62,761 bases of DNA. Source: Polyangia bacterium. GTDB lineage: Bacteria; Myxococcota_A; Polyangia; JAAYKL01. How positions within the stretch are numbered: the stretch's first letter is position 1; every line of letters starts with the position of its first letter. The position numbers and the translations under genes are program-made. The notes under the pieces are model-generated. The model worked only from the letters and a program-made list of their open reading frames with translations, did not search any database and was not told the DNA's origin. This document shows positions 10,444 to 20,607 of this stretch, piece after piece. The stretch spans positions 1 to 62,761 of the forward strand of contig JBNKCR010000038.1 in the NCBI GenBank assembly GCA_050287845.1. The letters run 5' to 3'.

Positions 10444-11721
10444 TTACTCGATATCGTCCCGATAAATCACTTTTCCCCCCACAATGGTCATCACTGCTTT
10501 TCCAGGGGTCAGAAATCCCGCGAAGGGGGTGTTGATACCTTTGGATTTGAAGGTTCTGGGGTCAATTTCAAATGGCTTATCCGGGTGAATGAGGGTCACG
10601 TCCGCCACGGCGCCTTCGGCGAGGGTACCGCCCGGCAGCTTGAATATCCGGGCGGGTTGCGTACTCATGGCATCAATCATGCGCATCGGGCTCAGCACAT
10701 TCTGCTGCACCAGTGCCAGGATAGTGGGAACAGCGATTTCAAGTCCGACCATTCCGAATGCCGCGTTGTCAATGGTGCCGGACTTGTCTTCCAGGGTATG
10801 TGGCGCGTGATCGGTGGCAATGATATCAATGGTGCCATCCGAAAGTGCAGTACGACATGCAGTCATGTGTTCGTTCGGTCGAAGGGGAGGCGCAACCTTG
10901 GCGATAGTGCCAGCTTCGAGAACCGTTTCGTCGGTCAGATGCAAATGATGCGGTGTCACTTCTGCGGTCACAGAGAGTCCTCTGGCTTTTGCCGCCCGGA
11001 CCGCATCAATGGCGCCGGCGCTGGAGATGTGACTCACGTGAATCCGGGCGTGGTATTTCTCGGCCAGTGCGATATCCCGCCTCACCATCGCATCTTCGGA
11101 TTCCAGCGGTTGTCCTGCCACCTGGATGGATTTGGCAACCGCTCCATCGTGGATAGCGGCCTTCTTTGAAATGGCGGCATATTCCGAATGCTGGCTGATC
11201 ACCGCATCCAGGGGCGCCAGCTGTTGTACGGCGCGCTCCATCAGTTCGTCATCCGCAACTCCGTCGCCGTCATCGGTAAATACTGTGACGCCTGTGTCTT
11301 TCACAATCGTCTGATAATCCACAAGTTCCGTCCCCTTTCGCCCTCTGGTGATGGCGCAGGACTGAACAACGCGGGTACCTCCCAGGGCCTCAGCCTTTTT
11401 CATCACCATTGTCAGTACTTCTGATGTATCGGCTGTGGGGTTGGTGTTGGGCATGGCAATAATCTGAGTGAAACCGCCGGCTGCTGCGGCGCTGGTGCCG
11501 GTTTCGATGGTTTCTTTGTGTTCGAAGCCTGGCTCCCGAAGGTGTACGTGAGCATCGATCAGTCCGGGAACCACCCAGAGTCCGGTGGCATCGATCGTGG
11601 TTGCAGGTGGTCGTGAGAGTACGGAGACGATGCTGCCGTCTTCAATGAACAGATCCCCCATCCCATCTCTGCCGGTTGCGGGGTCGATGATTCTTCCGTT
11701 TTTAATTTGAATTGCAGTCAT
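10444..11721 (-). CDS. pyrC: Dihydroorotase
   Basis: DAHVHLREPG, AAAGGFT, MPNTNP, ATDHAPH; start at ATG 11721. Confidence 0.93.
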   Translation of the reverse strand: MTAIQIKNGRIIDPATGRDGMGDLFIEDGSIVSVLSRPPATTIDATGLWVVPGLIDAHVHLREPGFEHKETIETGTSAAAAGGFTQIIAMPNTNPTADTSEVLTMVMKKAEALGGTRVVQSCAITRGRKGTELVDYQTIVKDTGVTVFTDDGDGVADDELMERAVQQLAPLDAVISQHSEYAAISKKAAIHDGAVAKSIQVAGQPLESEDAMVRRDIALAEKYHARIHVSHISSAGAIDAVRAAKARGLSVTAEVTPHHLHLTDETVLEAGTIAKVAPPLRPNEHMTACRTALSDGTIDIIATDHAPHTLEDKSGTIDNAAFGMVGLEIAVPTILALVQQNVLSPMRMIDAMSTQPARIFKLPGGTLAEGAVADVTLIHPDKPFEIDPRTFKSKGINTPFAGFLTPGKAVMTIVGGKVIYRDDIE

Positions 11722-11754
11722 TTCAGATGCTTTCTGCACAGAGAAGGCAACGCG

Positions 11755-12405
11755 TTACGCGCTACGCAGTTCGGCAATTGCCTGCCGATAATCGGATGCA
11801 CCGTAGATGGCGTTTCCAGCGACCAGGGTATCGGCGCCGGCGGATTTCACGAGGGGAGCGGTCTGGGGCGCTATACCGCCGTCCACCTCGAGACGGATGT
11901 CTCTACCGGAAGCGTCAATGATTTCTCTGGCCTCCCTGATTTTGGAAAGGCTGCTGGAGATGAAAGGCTGACCGCCGAATCCGGGATTCACTGTCATGAT
12001 GAGTACCAGGTCCACCATATCAATGATTTGTGGCAGACAATGAAGCGGGGTAGCCGGGTTGAACGTTACTCCGGCGTTCACACCGAGAGTTTTTATTTCC
12101 TGCAGGGTTCGGTGAAGATGTGTCGTTGCTTCCACATGAACCGTGATGTTATCCGCACCGGCATGGGCGAATGCATTGAGATGGTTTTCCGGGCGCCACA
12201 CCATCAGGTGTACATCCAGCGGCAAGGCCGTTGCTTTGCGCGCAGCGGCAACCACCTGTGCGCCAATGGTAATGTTGGGAACAAACTGGCCATCCATCAC
12301 GTCCACGTGAATCCAGTCAGCGCCAGCTTTATCAACAGCGGTGATCTGCTCAGCGAGTCGACCAAAATCTGCAGAAAGAATAGAGGGGGCGATTATCGTT
12401 TTCAT
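11755..12405 (-). CDS. rpe: Ribulose-phosphate 3-epimerase
   Basis: IAPSILSADF, HVDVMDG, DVHLM, MTVNPGFGGQ, EVDGG. Confidence 0.98.
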   Translation of the reverse strand: MKTIIAPSILSADFGRLAEQITAVDKAGADWIHVDVMDGQFVPNITIGAQVVAAARKATALPLDVHLMVWRPENHLNAFAHAGADNITVHVEATTHLHRTLQEIKTLGVNAGVTFNPATPLHCLPQIIDMVDLVLIMTVNPGFGGQPFISSSLSKIREAREIIDASGRDIRLEVDGGIAPQTAPLVKSAGADTLVAGNAIYGASDYRQAIAELRSA

Positions 12406-12456
12406 GATTACTACATTAATGTCCTGATAAGAGTTTCGCTATGGTTAGAAGGAAGA

Positions 12457-12639
12457 TTATTTTCCGGGAATGAGCGGGAGCTGTCCGGGAAGTACATCTT
12501 TGTATTTGCTGAGGACGGCATCAATGCCTTCTCTGATGTACACGGAGACGGGTACTTTGGTACGTCTGCTCAGCTCCTTGAGCCCTTCTTCCTGTTCTTC
12601 AGTGATGTATATGGTTGTTGAAATCTTTTTTCTGCCCAT
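12457..12639 (-). CDS. Ribbon-helix-helix DNA-binding protein
   Basis: MGRKKISTTIYITEEQ..LKELSRRTKVPVSVYIREGID beta-alpha-alpha pattern; AAGGA upstream. Confidence 0.8.
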   Translation of the reverse strand: MGRKKISTTIYITEEQEEGLKELSRRTKVPVSVYIREGIDAVLSKYKDVLPGQLPLIPGK

Positions 12640-12663
12640 TTTTTGTCCTTGCTGAATTAAATA

Positions 12664-12681
12664 TGCCATATGTTGCCATAT
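12664..12681. promoter_or_regulatory. Direct repeat, possible RHH operator
   Basis: TGCCATAT at 12664 and 12674 (10-bp period), ~25 bp upstream of the RHH start. Confidence 0.35.
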
Positions 12682-12861
12682 ATGACAATGGGTTTATCGG
12701 TCAGCTCCGGGGAAAGTGTCGAAATATGATTATTTCTTTGCCGGTCTTTTCATTCTTGTTTTGAAAATTCGTCTTGTTTTGTGTTACTGTAAAGAAACAT
12801 TGGTGCTGTATTGAAAAAGCGACAACAGCAATAGACCTTTTTTTATAGGGAGTGTGTTGCA

Positions 12862-13398
12862 ATGAAATCAGGAATGAAGTCCACTCCGGACGGCAGGACA
12901 GGGTCGGTGTCCGTGGAGATGCTGAGTTCTGATATGCTTAAAATTAAAGAGCAGGTCACGGGGTTCGGTTCGGTGCTGCAGAAAATCGTAGATGAGATCC
13001 AGAAAGTCCCTGACGGTAAATCTGTGGATGCGTTCAGACAGCAGGTATTGCAGAAACAGATGGTGCTGGAGACCCTGATTGAAGAAAATTGCTGCGAACT
13101 GGATTTGCTGAAACACGATGTGACCATATTGTCCGCGGACCTGAGAGAAGTGAAATACGAACTGCAGAATTTTCAGGACCAGGGGCGAAATATGGCAAAC
13201 GCGGTTTCCCCCGTTCCAGCTGAAGGTCCGGGAAATGCTTCGCACCATGCAGTGGAAGCGCTGAGAAAGCATCCACTTTCTTCTATTCCGCCAAGGCAAT
13301 TGACCGAAACTGAAGCGATTCGTTTTCTGAAGGCCATTGATGATATAGTTGCCTGCCATTGCGAAAGTGATTTTAAATCGTCGGCATCCGGTGAATAA
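12862..13398 (+). CDS. Hypothetical protein with coiled-coil region
   Basis: 178-aa ORF with GGGAG upstream; heptad-like helical middle. Confidence 0.6.
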   Translation: MKSGMKSTPDGRTGSVSVEMLSSDMLKIKEQVTGFGSVLQKIVDEIQKVPDGKSVDAFRQQVLQKQMVLETLIEENCCELDLLKHDVTILSADLREVKYELQNFQDQGRNMANAVSPVPAEGPGNASHHAVEALRKHPLSSIPPRQLTETEAIRFLKAIDDIVACHCESDFKSSASGE

Positions 13399-13582
13399 GC
13401 GTGGGGCGTTATATTTTGCATTCGCAATATTGACACAGCGTGTTCACAGGTGTAGCTTGCATTTCCATTTTTATGGGCAACTCAACTTTTTATTTTATGG
13501 AGTTCGGATATGTACATTTACAAAAAACGTCACAAAAAGACCAACCGAAACCGTTGTGCAAGAAAAAATGCCAGAATGAAAT

Positions 13583-13760
13583 CCAGACTTCGCGCCCGTA
13601 GAGCCCGCACGAAGGGCTGAGCTTTTTTCCGGGTGTGATAGGGGAACGGGCGCTTTCTCCTTCGGTCTGGCCATGGGGTCCCGTGGTGTCGACCTCCGCA
13701 CATGAAGTCAATCCGATATGCAGAGCCGGGTGGTCAACTGGCCGACACACGGCCGTTTTG
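13583..13760. ncRNA. Candidate structured non-coding RNA (family not recognised)
   Basis: GC-rich island in an AT-rich intergenic gap with several nested helices (see findings). Confidence 0.35.
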
Positions 13761-13769
13761 TGGATTGTT

Positions 13770-15422
13770 TCATTCGTATTGACTCCGGGAGATGTCAATC
13801 AGCACAATGGGATTTCTCTGAAACGTCCGGCGGAAGAATTTGCGAACGGCAATTTTTATCTGTTGTGCGGTATCTGCTTCATCGCCCTTCATCTGTTTGA
13901 TGGTTTCCCTGACAAGTTGCGCCACTTCGGGCTGCGCGGCCTGAAGTTCCGGTTCGGAGAGTACGCCCATGCTCTGCTGTCTGATGTGAACGGTCGGTTC
14001 TGTCCCGTTGCACGCACGTAAGGTTACCCACAACATGTGCACCCCGGCGCTGCTGATTTTTCGGCGTTCTCTGATGGTATCCGGGTGAACAGCCCGTCCG
14101 TTTTCGATATGCACCCTGCCGGGTTCCATGTGGTCTTCCACAACGAGAATCTGGTCCCGAAATGTAACGATATCGCCGTTGACGGCCACCAATGTATTGT
14201 CAATGCCATTTTCCCGGGCGATTTCGGCCGCTGCCTGCAGATGTTCGTACGTGCCATGGGCAGGCAACACAGCGACGGGCGATATCACCCGAATCGCGGT
14301 TGAAATCTCGTTTCTCGATCCGTGCCCGGATACGTGAACATTATTTCGGTTGTTGCTGTGGAACACTTTTACGTTCTGGGCCATCAATCGGCTGATGGTG
14401 GTTGAGATTTGCAGTTCGTTTCCCGGGATGAATCGACTGGAAAGAATGACCGTGTCGGTATCGTTGGCCGAGAATTGACTGTGCCTGTTTGCGGCAAATC
14501 GACCGAGAGCGGAGCGACTTTCTCCCTGGGTTCCCGACATCAGAATCAGCAATTCGTTGTCCGGATAGTGGCCAATATGCTGCACTGGAATGACAATGTT
14601 GTCCTCAGTTGGAATTTTGCCGGTTTCACGGGCAACGGAATAATGGTTGAGAACACTCCGACCGCTCATCACCAGTTTGCGGCCGGTGTTCGATGCTATC
14701 TGAAGGAAATTGCATATGCGGTGCACATTTGACGAGAAAAGCGCAATAAAAACGCGGCCAGGTGCAGTCTCCACAATATCGCCGATATGCGTCACCAGCG
14801 ATTCCTCGTCGCCGGCATCTGTGGATTCAAGGGCTCCGGTGGAATCGGTAATCATAATATCAATGGGGCGGAGAGATTCCAGATTTTTGAGGAGTTTCCG
14901 ATGGCGAGTGGGTAGATTGGTGTGCAGCTTGTAATCACTGGTGTGAAATATTCGCCGCCCATTCACCTCGATGACCAGTGCGAAATTGTCTACCGTGGAG
15001 TGGGGCATTTTTATCGGGGTTACAACAAAGTTGCCAATCGGAACCCGGTTTGCCGTTGTGAGCTCATTGAACTTTGCATTTTTGATGTCAACGAATTCTT
15101 TGAAACGGGATTCCAGTAGCCCAATGGTGTATTTTCCGGAATAAATGGGGACCGGAATCTGACGGATGAGAAACGGGATGGCCGCAATATGATCTTCGTG
15201 ACCGTGAGTCGCAACCAGACCGACAACTTCGTGTCGGTTTTCGACCAGAAAATTCAAAGATGCGTGAATCAAATCGATTCCCAGTCTGGGTTCGGCCGGA
15301 AAGAGAACGCCGCAATCGATAATCAATATCTGGCCTCCCGTGCGGATGGCCATGCAGTTCATGCCAATTTCGCCGAACCCTCCAAGGGGGATGAATTGAA
15401 TGGAATCGGTAGATGAAATCAT
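13770..15422 (-). CDS. rnj: Ribonuclease J
   Basis: PLGGFGEIGMN, THGHEDH, FSSNVHR, GTQGE, IPGNE, HVSGH; start at ATG 15422. Confidence 0.92.
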   Translation of the reverse strand: MISSTDSIQFIPLGGFGEIGMNCMAIRTGGQILIIDCGVLFPAEPRLGIDLIHASLNFLVENRHEVVGLVATHGHEDHIAAIPFLIRQIPVPIYSGKYTIGLLESRFKEFVDIKNAKFNELTTANRVPIGNFVVTPIKMPHSTVDNFALVIEVNGRRIFHTSDYKLHTNLPTRHRKLLKNLESLRPIDIMITDSTGALESTDAGDEESLVTHIGDIVETAPGRVFIALFSSNVHRICNFLQIASNTGRKLVMSGRSVLNHYSVARETGKIPTEDNIVIPVQHIGHYPDNELLILMSGTQGESRSALGRFAANRHSQFSANDTDTVILSSRFIPGNELQISTTISRLMAQNVKVFHSNNRNNVHVSGHGSRNEISTAIRVISPVAVLPAHGTYEHLQAAAEIARENGIDNTLVAVNGDIVTFRDQILVVEDHMEPGRVHIENGRAVHPDTIRERRKISSAGVHMLWVTLRACNGTEPTVHIRQQSMGVLSEPELQAAQPEVAQLVRETIKQMKGDEADTAQQIKIAVRKFFRRTFQRNPIVLIDISRSQYE

Positions 15423-15567
15423 GTATGGGAAGGTATCTAAATTGTGAGAATTTGAATATATTAATTCGCATTGTTTTATTGGATTCGTTGTCAATCTTCA
15501 TCACTATCATTGAACGATGTGGTCTCAGATGCTAAACTCTCAGGCCGGGGGGCAAAGGGAAACGAGG

Positions 15568-16092
15568 ATGGAAATGCTTCAATCATACTTTCAATTGCGC
15601 GACCGAACAGATCGCTTTTTTGAATCGGTTGCTTCCAGATACAGTGATCAGATTGTATGTAAACCGGGTTGCAGCAAATGTTGTATCGGTGGTCTGACGG
15701 TGGTGATTGTCGAGGCGGTTGCGCTGGGAACCGGACTGGGACTCTCCAGTGATCATATTCATATTCAGGCGGGGCAGGAGCCACTGCGTTCAGATGGCCC
15801 GTGTGCATTTCTGGGGGATCACGGACAGTGTCTGGCCTATGCGCATAGACCATTGGTATGCCGTACTCATGGAATGCCACTGTTACATCCCGGCGAAGAA
15901 GAAGTTTCTATCTGCGATTTGAATTTCGGGGGAATCGCGCCTCACAGTTCGGCGGTTCTGAACACCGAGAATCTGAATGCGGCGCTTTTCGCCGCCAATA
16001 TTGTTTACTGTCAGAAAGAGGGGTTGGACTCCCGTTCGCGTATCGCACTGGATCGGTTGGCAGAGCTGGCGGGCATATCTGTCCGAAAATAA
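15568..16092 (+). CDS. YkgJ/CxxCxxCC-family cysteine cluster protein
   Basis: CKPGCSKCC, CAFL, CLAYAHRPLVCR; GAGG RBS before ATG 15568. Confidence 0.85.
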   Translation: MEMLQSYFQLRDRTDRFFESVASRYSDQIVCKPGCSKCCIGGLTVVIVEAVALGTGLGLSSDHIHIQAGQEPLRSDGPCAFLGDHGQCLAYAHRPLVCRTHGMPLLHPGEEEVSICDLNFGGIAPHSSAVLNTENLNAALFAANIVYCQKEGLDSRSRIALDRLAELAGISVRK

Positions 16093-16285
16093 CTTTCCCG
16101 AATCTGGCCCAGGATGGCCTGAATTGTACTGTGTTGTCTGAATTTTGGTTGACTTCAGACGTCGATGTTTATATGTGTAACACAAGAATACTGGATTTCC
16201 AGAATTTTAAATTGCTCAGAAGGTTGGTATTCAGTATTCTATACAATTGCTGTTTCAGTAGCAGTTTAATTTAAAGGAGATAATC

Positions 16286-16507
16286 ATGAAACACGTGTTC
16301 TTTTTCGCCGTGGTCACCGCTATGTTTGTTAGTGCGCTCGCCTTTGGAGACAAAAAGCTGAATAAAATTCATAAGGGAATGGAAAAGGATGGAAAAAAGG
16401 TGAATTGTGTTTACTGCCATAAAGGCACCGACATCCCCAAAGAAGGCACCGATTTTAAAAAACATATGAAGAATCCCAGCTGTGCCGGCGAAGGCTGCCA
16501 CAACTAG
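16286..16507 (+). CDS. Small exported c-type cytochrome (two heme motifs)
   Basis: AAGGAG RBS; signal peptide; CVYCH and CAGEGCH; two additional His; Lys-rich. Confidence 0.8.
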   Translation: MKHVFFFAVVTAMFVSALAFGDKKLNKIHKGMEKDGKKVNCVYCHKGTDIPKEGTDFKKHMKNPSCAGEGCHN

Positions 16508-17082
16508 CTCACCGTTTCCAGCGTGTTTCGAATGGAACGCGTGGATGCCTCTTCTTCCTTTTTCACTTTTCATACCCACTCCCCATTTTGTCTGCCTGCT
16601 GTCTGTGGGATGGTCACGATTTATTGTGATTCCGGGAATTGAATTCGAATGGGCAGTGGAGTCCGTATATATTCCACTGACTGTATTGGATGCCAGTAAA
16701 TAGTTCCTGAAAACATCCGTATTCCCAAATTCAGTTGGTGCCGTGTAGAATACGAACCGATTATCTGTCAGATCCTGTTGGACAGCAGGTGCAGAGAAGC
16801 TGAATCCCGGGAAAAAGAGGACGACAGAGAACTGCGAAGTCACGAACGGTGTTAAAAAAATTGATCATTTTTATGGGTGTACGGTGAAACAGGTTCATTT
16901 TTGCGTGTCGACTAATTTAAAATTTGCTGAAAAAAAGCAAATTAACTGTTGCAGTGACGCAGCTAATATATTATTTTTACACGACTTTTTTGATGCGGAA
17001 AGATTTTTTTTAAAAATAGTGCAATAAAATGTTGACCAATTTTTACTCCTGATGTAATTCCACTGTTACAAGATTTTTTTAT

Positions 17083-17160
<78 letters not shown>

Positions 17161-17199
17161 ACTATCCGCCGCTGCGGGGGCAGCAAAAGGAGTTGACTG

Positions 17200-17808
17200 A
17201 TGCCGAGAGTGGTCTCCCAAATTGGAATTTTAATAATCGACGATGATCGGGAAATCTGTGATTACATGGAAACCTTTCTCGCACGGGATGGATTCCTTGT
17301 CAAAGCGTTGACGTCGCCTCAGGACGCGGTTGAAGAGGTCAAGACAGGAAAATACCATCTGGTAATTCTTGACCTCATGATGCCCAGGATTGATGGTATC
17401 GAGCTACTTGGTCAGATTCGGAAGGTGGATACGGACATTGCCGTAATCATTTTTACCGGGTATCCCTCTCTTGAGACAGCAGTGGCGTCGATGAAACTGG
17501 ACGTTGTTGATTATATCAAGAAGCCGTTTAATCCCGAGGAGTTCAGTCAGGTTATCGAGCGCGTTATCAAGCGGAAAGGCCTGGCCAGAAGTCCTGAAGA
17601 GGAACTTCACAAGGTGATTGGCAGCAGTATTCGGGAGTTGCGCAAAGAAAATGGCCTGACCTTGAAGCAGATGGCCCGAAGAACATCGTTGTCCGTGTCA
17701 TTATTGTCTCAGATTGAGCGCGCTGAAAGTTCTGCTTCCATTTCTTCTCTGTATAAAATCGCGTTGGCGCTTGATACACCTATCACATCGCTATTTGGGG
17801 ATTTTTAA
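17200..17808 (+). CDS. Response regulator with C-terminal XRE HTH
   Basis: LIIDDD, LDLMMP, YIKKPF receiver; [34 protein letters not shown]. Confidence 0.92.
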   Translation: MPRVVSQIGILIIDDDREICDYMETFLARDGFLVKALTSPQDAVEEVKTGKYHLVILDLMMPRIDGIELLGQIRKVDTDIAVIIFTGYPSLETAVASMKLDVVDYIKKPFNPEEFSQVIERVIKRKGLARSPEEELHKVIGSSIRELRKENGLTLKQMARRTSLSVSLLSQIERAESSASISSLYKIALALDTPITSLFGDF

Positions 17809-17865
17809 CCCATAGCTCCCATGTTTTAGCAAGGTGCCGTTATTTCTGACACCAGGGAACATAAG

Positions 17866-19092
17866 TTGAGAAAGCGTCCAACATCCGGTGCGACGGGTCG
17901 TGAATTGGACCAGCTTTGCCGATTTGCAGCGAGCCTCGGAACGACCCTCGATGTGGATACGTTGGTGCAGGATGCTGTCGAGCCTCTGGTTACAATGGCG
18001 GGGGCCGATCGGATTATGATTGCCATTGCCCAGAATAATGCACGACTTCTGATTCCAGAAGCGTCGAACTGGGACCTGAATCCATCTGCCAAAGGAATAC
18101 CTGCGCCCCCTGTTGCTTCGTTGGGCACCGAAGCAGTGACCTTTGAAAGCGTTGACGCACTGCCGCAGCAAATCAGCAGTCGTATGGGCGACTTGCCGGG
18201 ACACGTGGCGGTGGTTCCGCTGTGGGCCCACGCGCATTTGCGGGGGGTCATCATGCTTACCAGAAAAAGGGGGGGATTTTCGTCACATGTGCTGAAGATG
18301 TTGACCACCGCGGGAAGACAGTTGGCGCTTGCGGTGGAGAATTCCAGACTTCTGGCGGATCTTCAGGATTCATATCGTAAATTGATGGATACTCAGGAAG
18401 ATTTGATTCGCGCAGAACGCCTGGCGGCGCTGGGACAATTGTCGGCAACAATGGCCCATGAGATACGAAATCCGCTGGCAACCATATTTTCAGCAATTTC
18501 TCAAATTCGCAAACAGCGCAACCCCGAACTGGCGTCGACACTTCTGGATATTGCGGAGGAGGAGGCATCTCGACTGAATACAATGGTTGCCGAGCTTTTG
18601 AAATTTGCGAGACCGCGTAAGCCCCTGTTGGAGGAAGGTGCGTTGCTTGCTTCTGTTCGTGCGGCCGTGGAAGGAATTTGTGCATCCCACGGAATTGGAG
18701 AAGATGTGGTGACATTGGACCCGACATGTCACAATGTGACCTGCCTGTTTGATGGGGATCTCATCGGGAGGGCACTGGACATTCTTCTCGATAATGCTCT
18801 TGGCGCATTGGAAGCAAAAGCGGATGGAAAAGTGGTGGTCAATGTGCAGTCGCGGGCTCCGGGAGCAGTGCTGGAAATCAGGGACAATGGTGTGGGAATT
18901 CCCGGAGAACTGATGTCAAAAATCTTTGAACCTTTCTTTTCCACCAAGCCAACAGGCACCGGTCTGGGGCTTCCAACCGTGAAAAGAATTGCAGAGGATC
19001 ACCGCGGAAGCGTAGAAATTGAATCGGTTCCGGGAACAGGAACGACGGTTCGGGTGTTTCTGCAAACCAGACAACGTCAGTTTTCGTCCTGA
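17866..19092 (+). CDS. GAF-domain sensor histidine kinase
   Basis: GAF (VVPL...QLALAVENSRL), MAHEIRNPL, DNGVGIP, FEPFFSTK, GTGLGL. Confidence 0.92.
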   Translation: MRKRPTSGATGRELDQLCRFAASLGTTLDVDTLVQDAVEPLVTMAGADRIMIAIAQNNARLLIPEASNWDLNPSAKGIPAPPVASLGTEAVTFESVDALPQQISSRMGDLPGHVAVVPLWAHAHLRGVIMLTRKRGGFSSHVLKMLTTAGRQLALAVENSRLLADLQDSYRKLMDTQEDLIRAERLAALGQLSATMAHEIRNPLATIFSAISQIRKQRNPELASTLLDIAEEEASRLNTMVAELLKFARPRKPLLEEGALLASVRAAVEGICASHGIGEDVVTLDPTCHNVTCLFDGDLIGRALDILLDNALGALEAKADGKVVVNVQSRAPGAVLEIRDNGVGIPGELMSKIFEPFFSTKPTGTGLGLPTVKRIAEDHRGSVEIESVPGTGTTVRVFLQTRQRQFSS

Positions 19093-19109
19093 CAGAAGGA
19101 ATAGTTTTT

Positions 19110-19610
19110 ATGATACGATATGGAATACTTAGCGGAATTCTGGGATTGGCAGTCGCCGTAGGACTGTACGGTTGCAAAAGGGAAGAGCCGGAGTGCATCC
19201 CGTCTGGGAAAGTCAACGTGGTTGAAGTTGAAAAAATACCTCTGCCCAAAGGCGACTTGCAGAAATACAGAAGCAAGCTGGATCAATGTCATGCCTGCGT
19301 GAAAGCCCCTGCTGGGTTCTACTCCTGTCAGGTGGCCTGGCAGGAGAAGAACGAGACGCGGGATGAGCTGAAAAAGAAGGCGAAAGAATTGGCATGTGAA
19401 GATGCGGGATATGAAAAAGGCAAGTGCCCGGATGAAGCGGTGAGATTGCTTCAGTGCAAGGGGGATGCGCCCCCGAAAGAGACTGCCCTTTCGAGATCTT
19501 TCAAGCGTCTGCTGGTGAATGCGAAGACGGGGAAACCGGTGAATTCTCGCATCCCCGCAGATGTCGACGAGTCGGATAGTGCCGGAACGCCTGCCCCCGG
19601 GAATGAGTAA
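19110..19610 (+). CDS. Cys-rich hypothetical lipoprotein
   Basis: Lipobox LYGC; several Cys including CHAC. Confidence 0.7.
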   Translation: MIRYGILSGILGLAVAVGLYGCKREEPECIPSGKVNVVEVEKIPLPKGDLQKYRSKLDQCHACVKAPAGFYSCQVAWQEKNETRDELKKKAKELACEDAGYEKGKCPDEAVRLLQCKGDAPPKETALSRSFKRLLVNAKTGKPVNSRIPADVDESDSAGTPAPGNE

Positions 19611-19660
19611 ACGCCAGCGATTTTCTGCAAAGGCGCCTCGCTGAAAGCGCCTCGCTCTGA

Positions 19661-20584
19661 TCAGCGGCGCCGGTCACTGGCAGGCGGGATGGATGGCGCC
19701 AGTTCCCGCATCTCCCCATGGGTTTCACTGACCTTCAGCGCGATGGAATGGCCGTGAACGAACGGGCGGTTTCTGTGGCCGTGGGCTGCGGGATATCCGC
19801 CGGCAATGGGCACATTCAGGGGGAGCAGATTCCGGTTCAGGACCTCTTCCACTGTGACTTTGTCCGCACCGGGGGCGCATCGGGTGAATTCGCCGAGTAC
19901 GATGCCGCGAATGTGTTTGAATACACCATTGCGCTTGAGCTGAATGAGACAGCGTTCAATGCGATAGGGCGCTTCGGCCACATCTTCGAGAAAGAGGATG
20001 CAGCCATCGGCAAAATCGGGTGGCAGCGTTCCCATCATATGGGCGAGCATGGTCAGATTGCCCCCGATGAGCGGTCCGCGGGTCTCTCCCGGCGAAAGGG
20101 GCGTCAGCGAACAGGGGGCCGGATGGTATCCGAGGGTCAGAATCTGATGAAGGTCCGCCACATCGCATTCGGGATAAGTGGAAAGACGAGCTGCCATGGG
20201 TCCGTGAATGGTGCACAGCCGGTGGTGGGCCCACAGGTGAATCAGCAAGGCGGTGATGTCTGAATTTCCGATAATCCATGTCGGATTCGCCAGCAGCGCA
20301 TTCACATTCACGCGGTCGATGATGGTGGTGATTCCGAATCCGCCCCGGGCGCAGAGAATCGCCCGTGCTCCGGGATGGTTCAGGGCGGCGTTCAGTTCGG
20401 TTTCCCGATGCAGCGGAGAACCGGCGAAATATCCGTCCCGATGGGGGACGCTCTCTGAGATGTGCACCCTGAAGCGAATGTGCGCGGCCCCCCCGGCGAT
20501 ATCTTCTTCATTCACCGGGCCAGCCGGTGCGACGATGATGATTTCGTCGGTGGGCGTCAGTGGTCTGGGGGTGATGGGTGGCAT
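19661..20584 (-). CDS. LD-carboxypeptidase (peptidase S66)
   Basis: IVAPAG, CARGGFG, IGNSDIT, HGPM, GGNL, FLEDVAE, AHG (Ser-Glu-His triad). Confidence 0.92.
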   Translation of the reverse strand: MPPITPRPLTPTDEIIIVAPAGPVNEEDIAGGAAHIRFRVHISESVPHRDGYFAGSPLHRETELNAALNHPGARAILCARGGFGITTIIDRVNVNALLANPTWIIGNSDITALLIHLWAHHRLCTIHGPMAARLSTYPECDVADLHQILTLGYHPAPCSLTPLSPGETRGPLIGGNLTMLAHMMGTLPPDFADGCILFLEDVAEAPYRIERCLIQLKRNGVFKHIRGIVLGEFTRCAPGADKVTVEEVLNRNLLPLNVPIAGGYPAAHGHRNRPFVHGHSIALKVSETHGEMRELAPSIPPASDRRR

Positions 20585-20607
20585 GGGATGAATACTGGCG
20601 GCGAGGC

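Noticed and set aside
13600..13700. Glycine riboswitch on the minus strand (ACCGAAGGAGAAA)
   Set aside because: The CTCTCAGG element is missing and no downstream gene lies in that orientation
16271..16843. 190-aa minus-strand ORF
   Set aside because: Fully overlaps the well-supported cytochrome gene, has no recognisable motif and no clear RBS
19287..19300. CHAC as a heme-binding motif
   Set aside because: It reads CHACV, with no His after the second Cys
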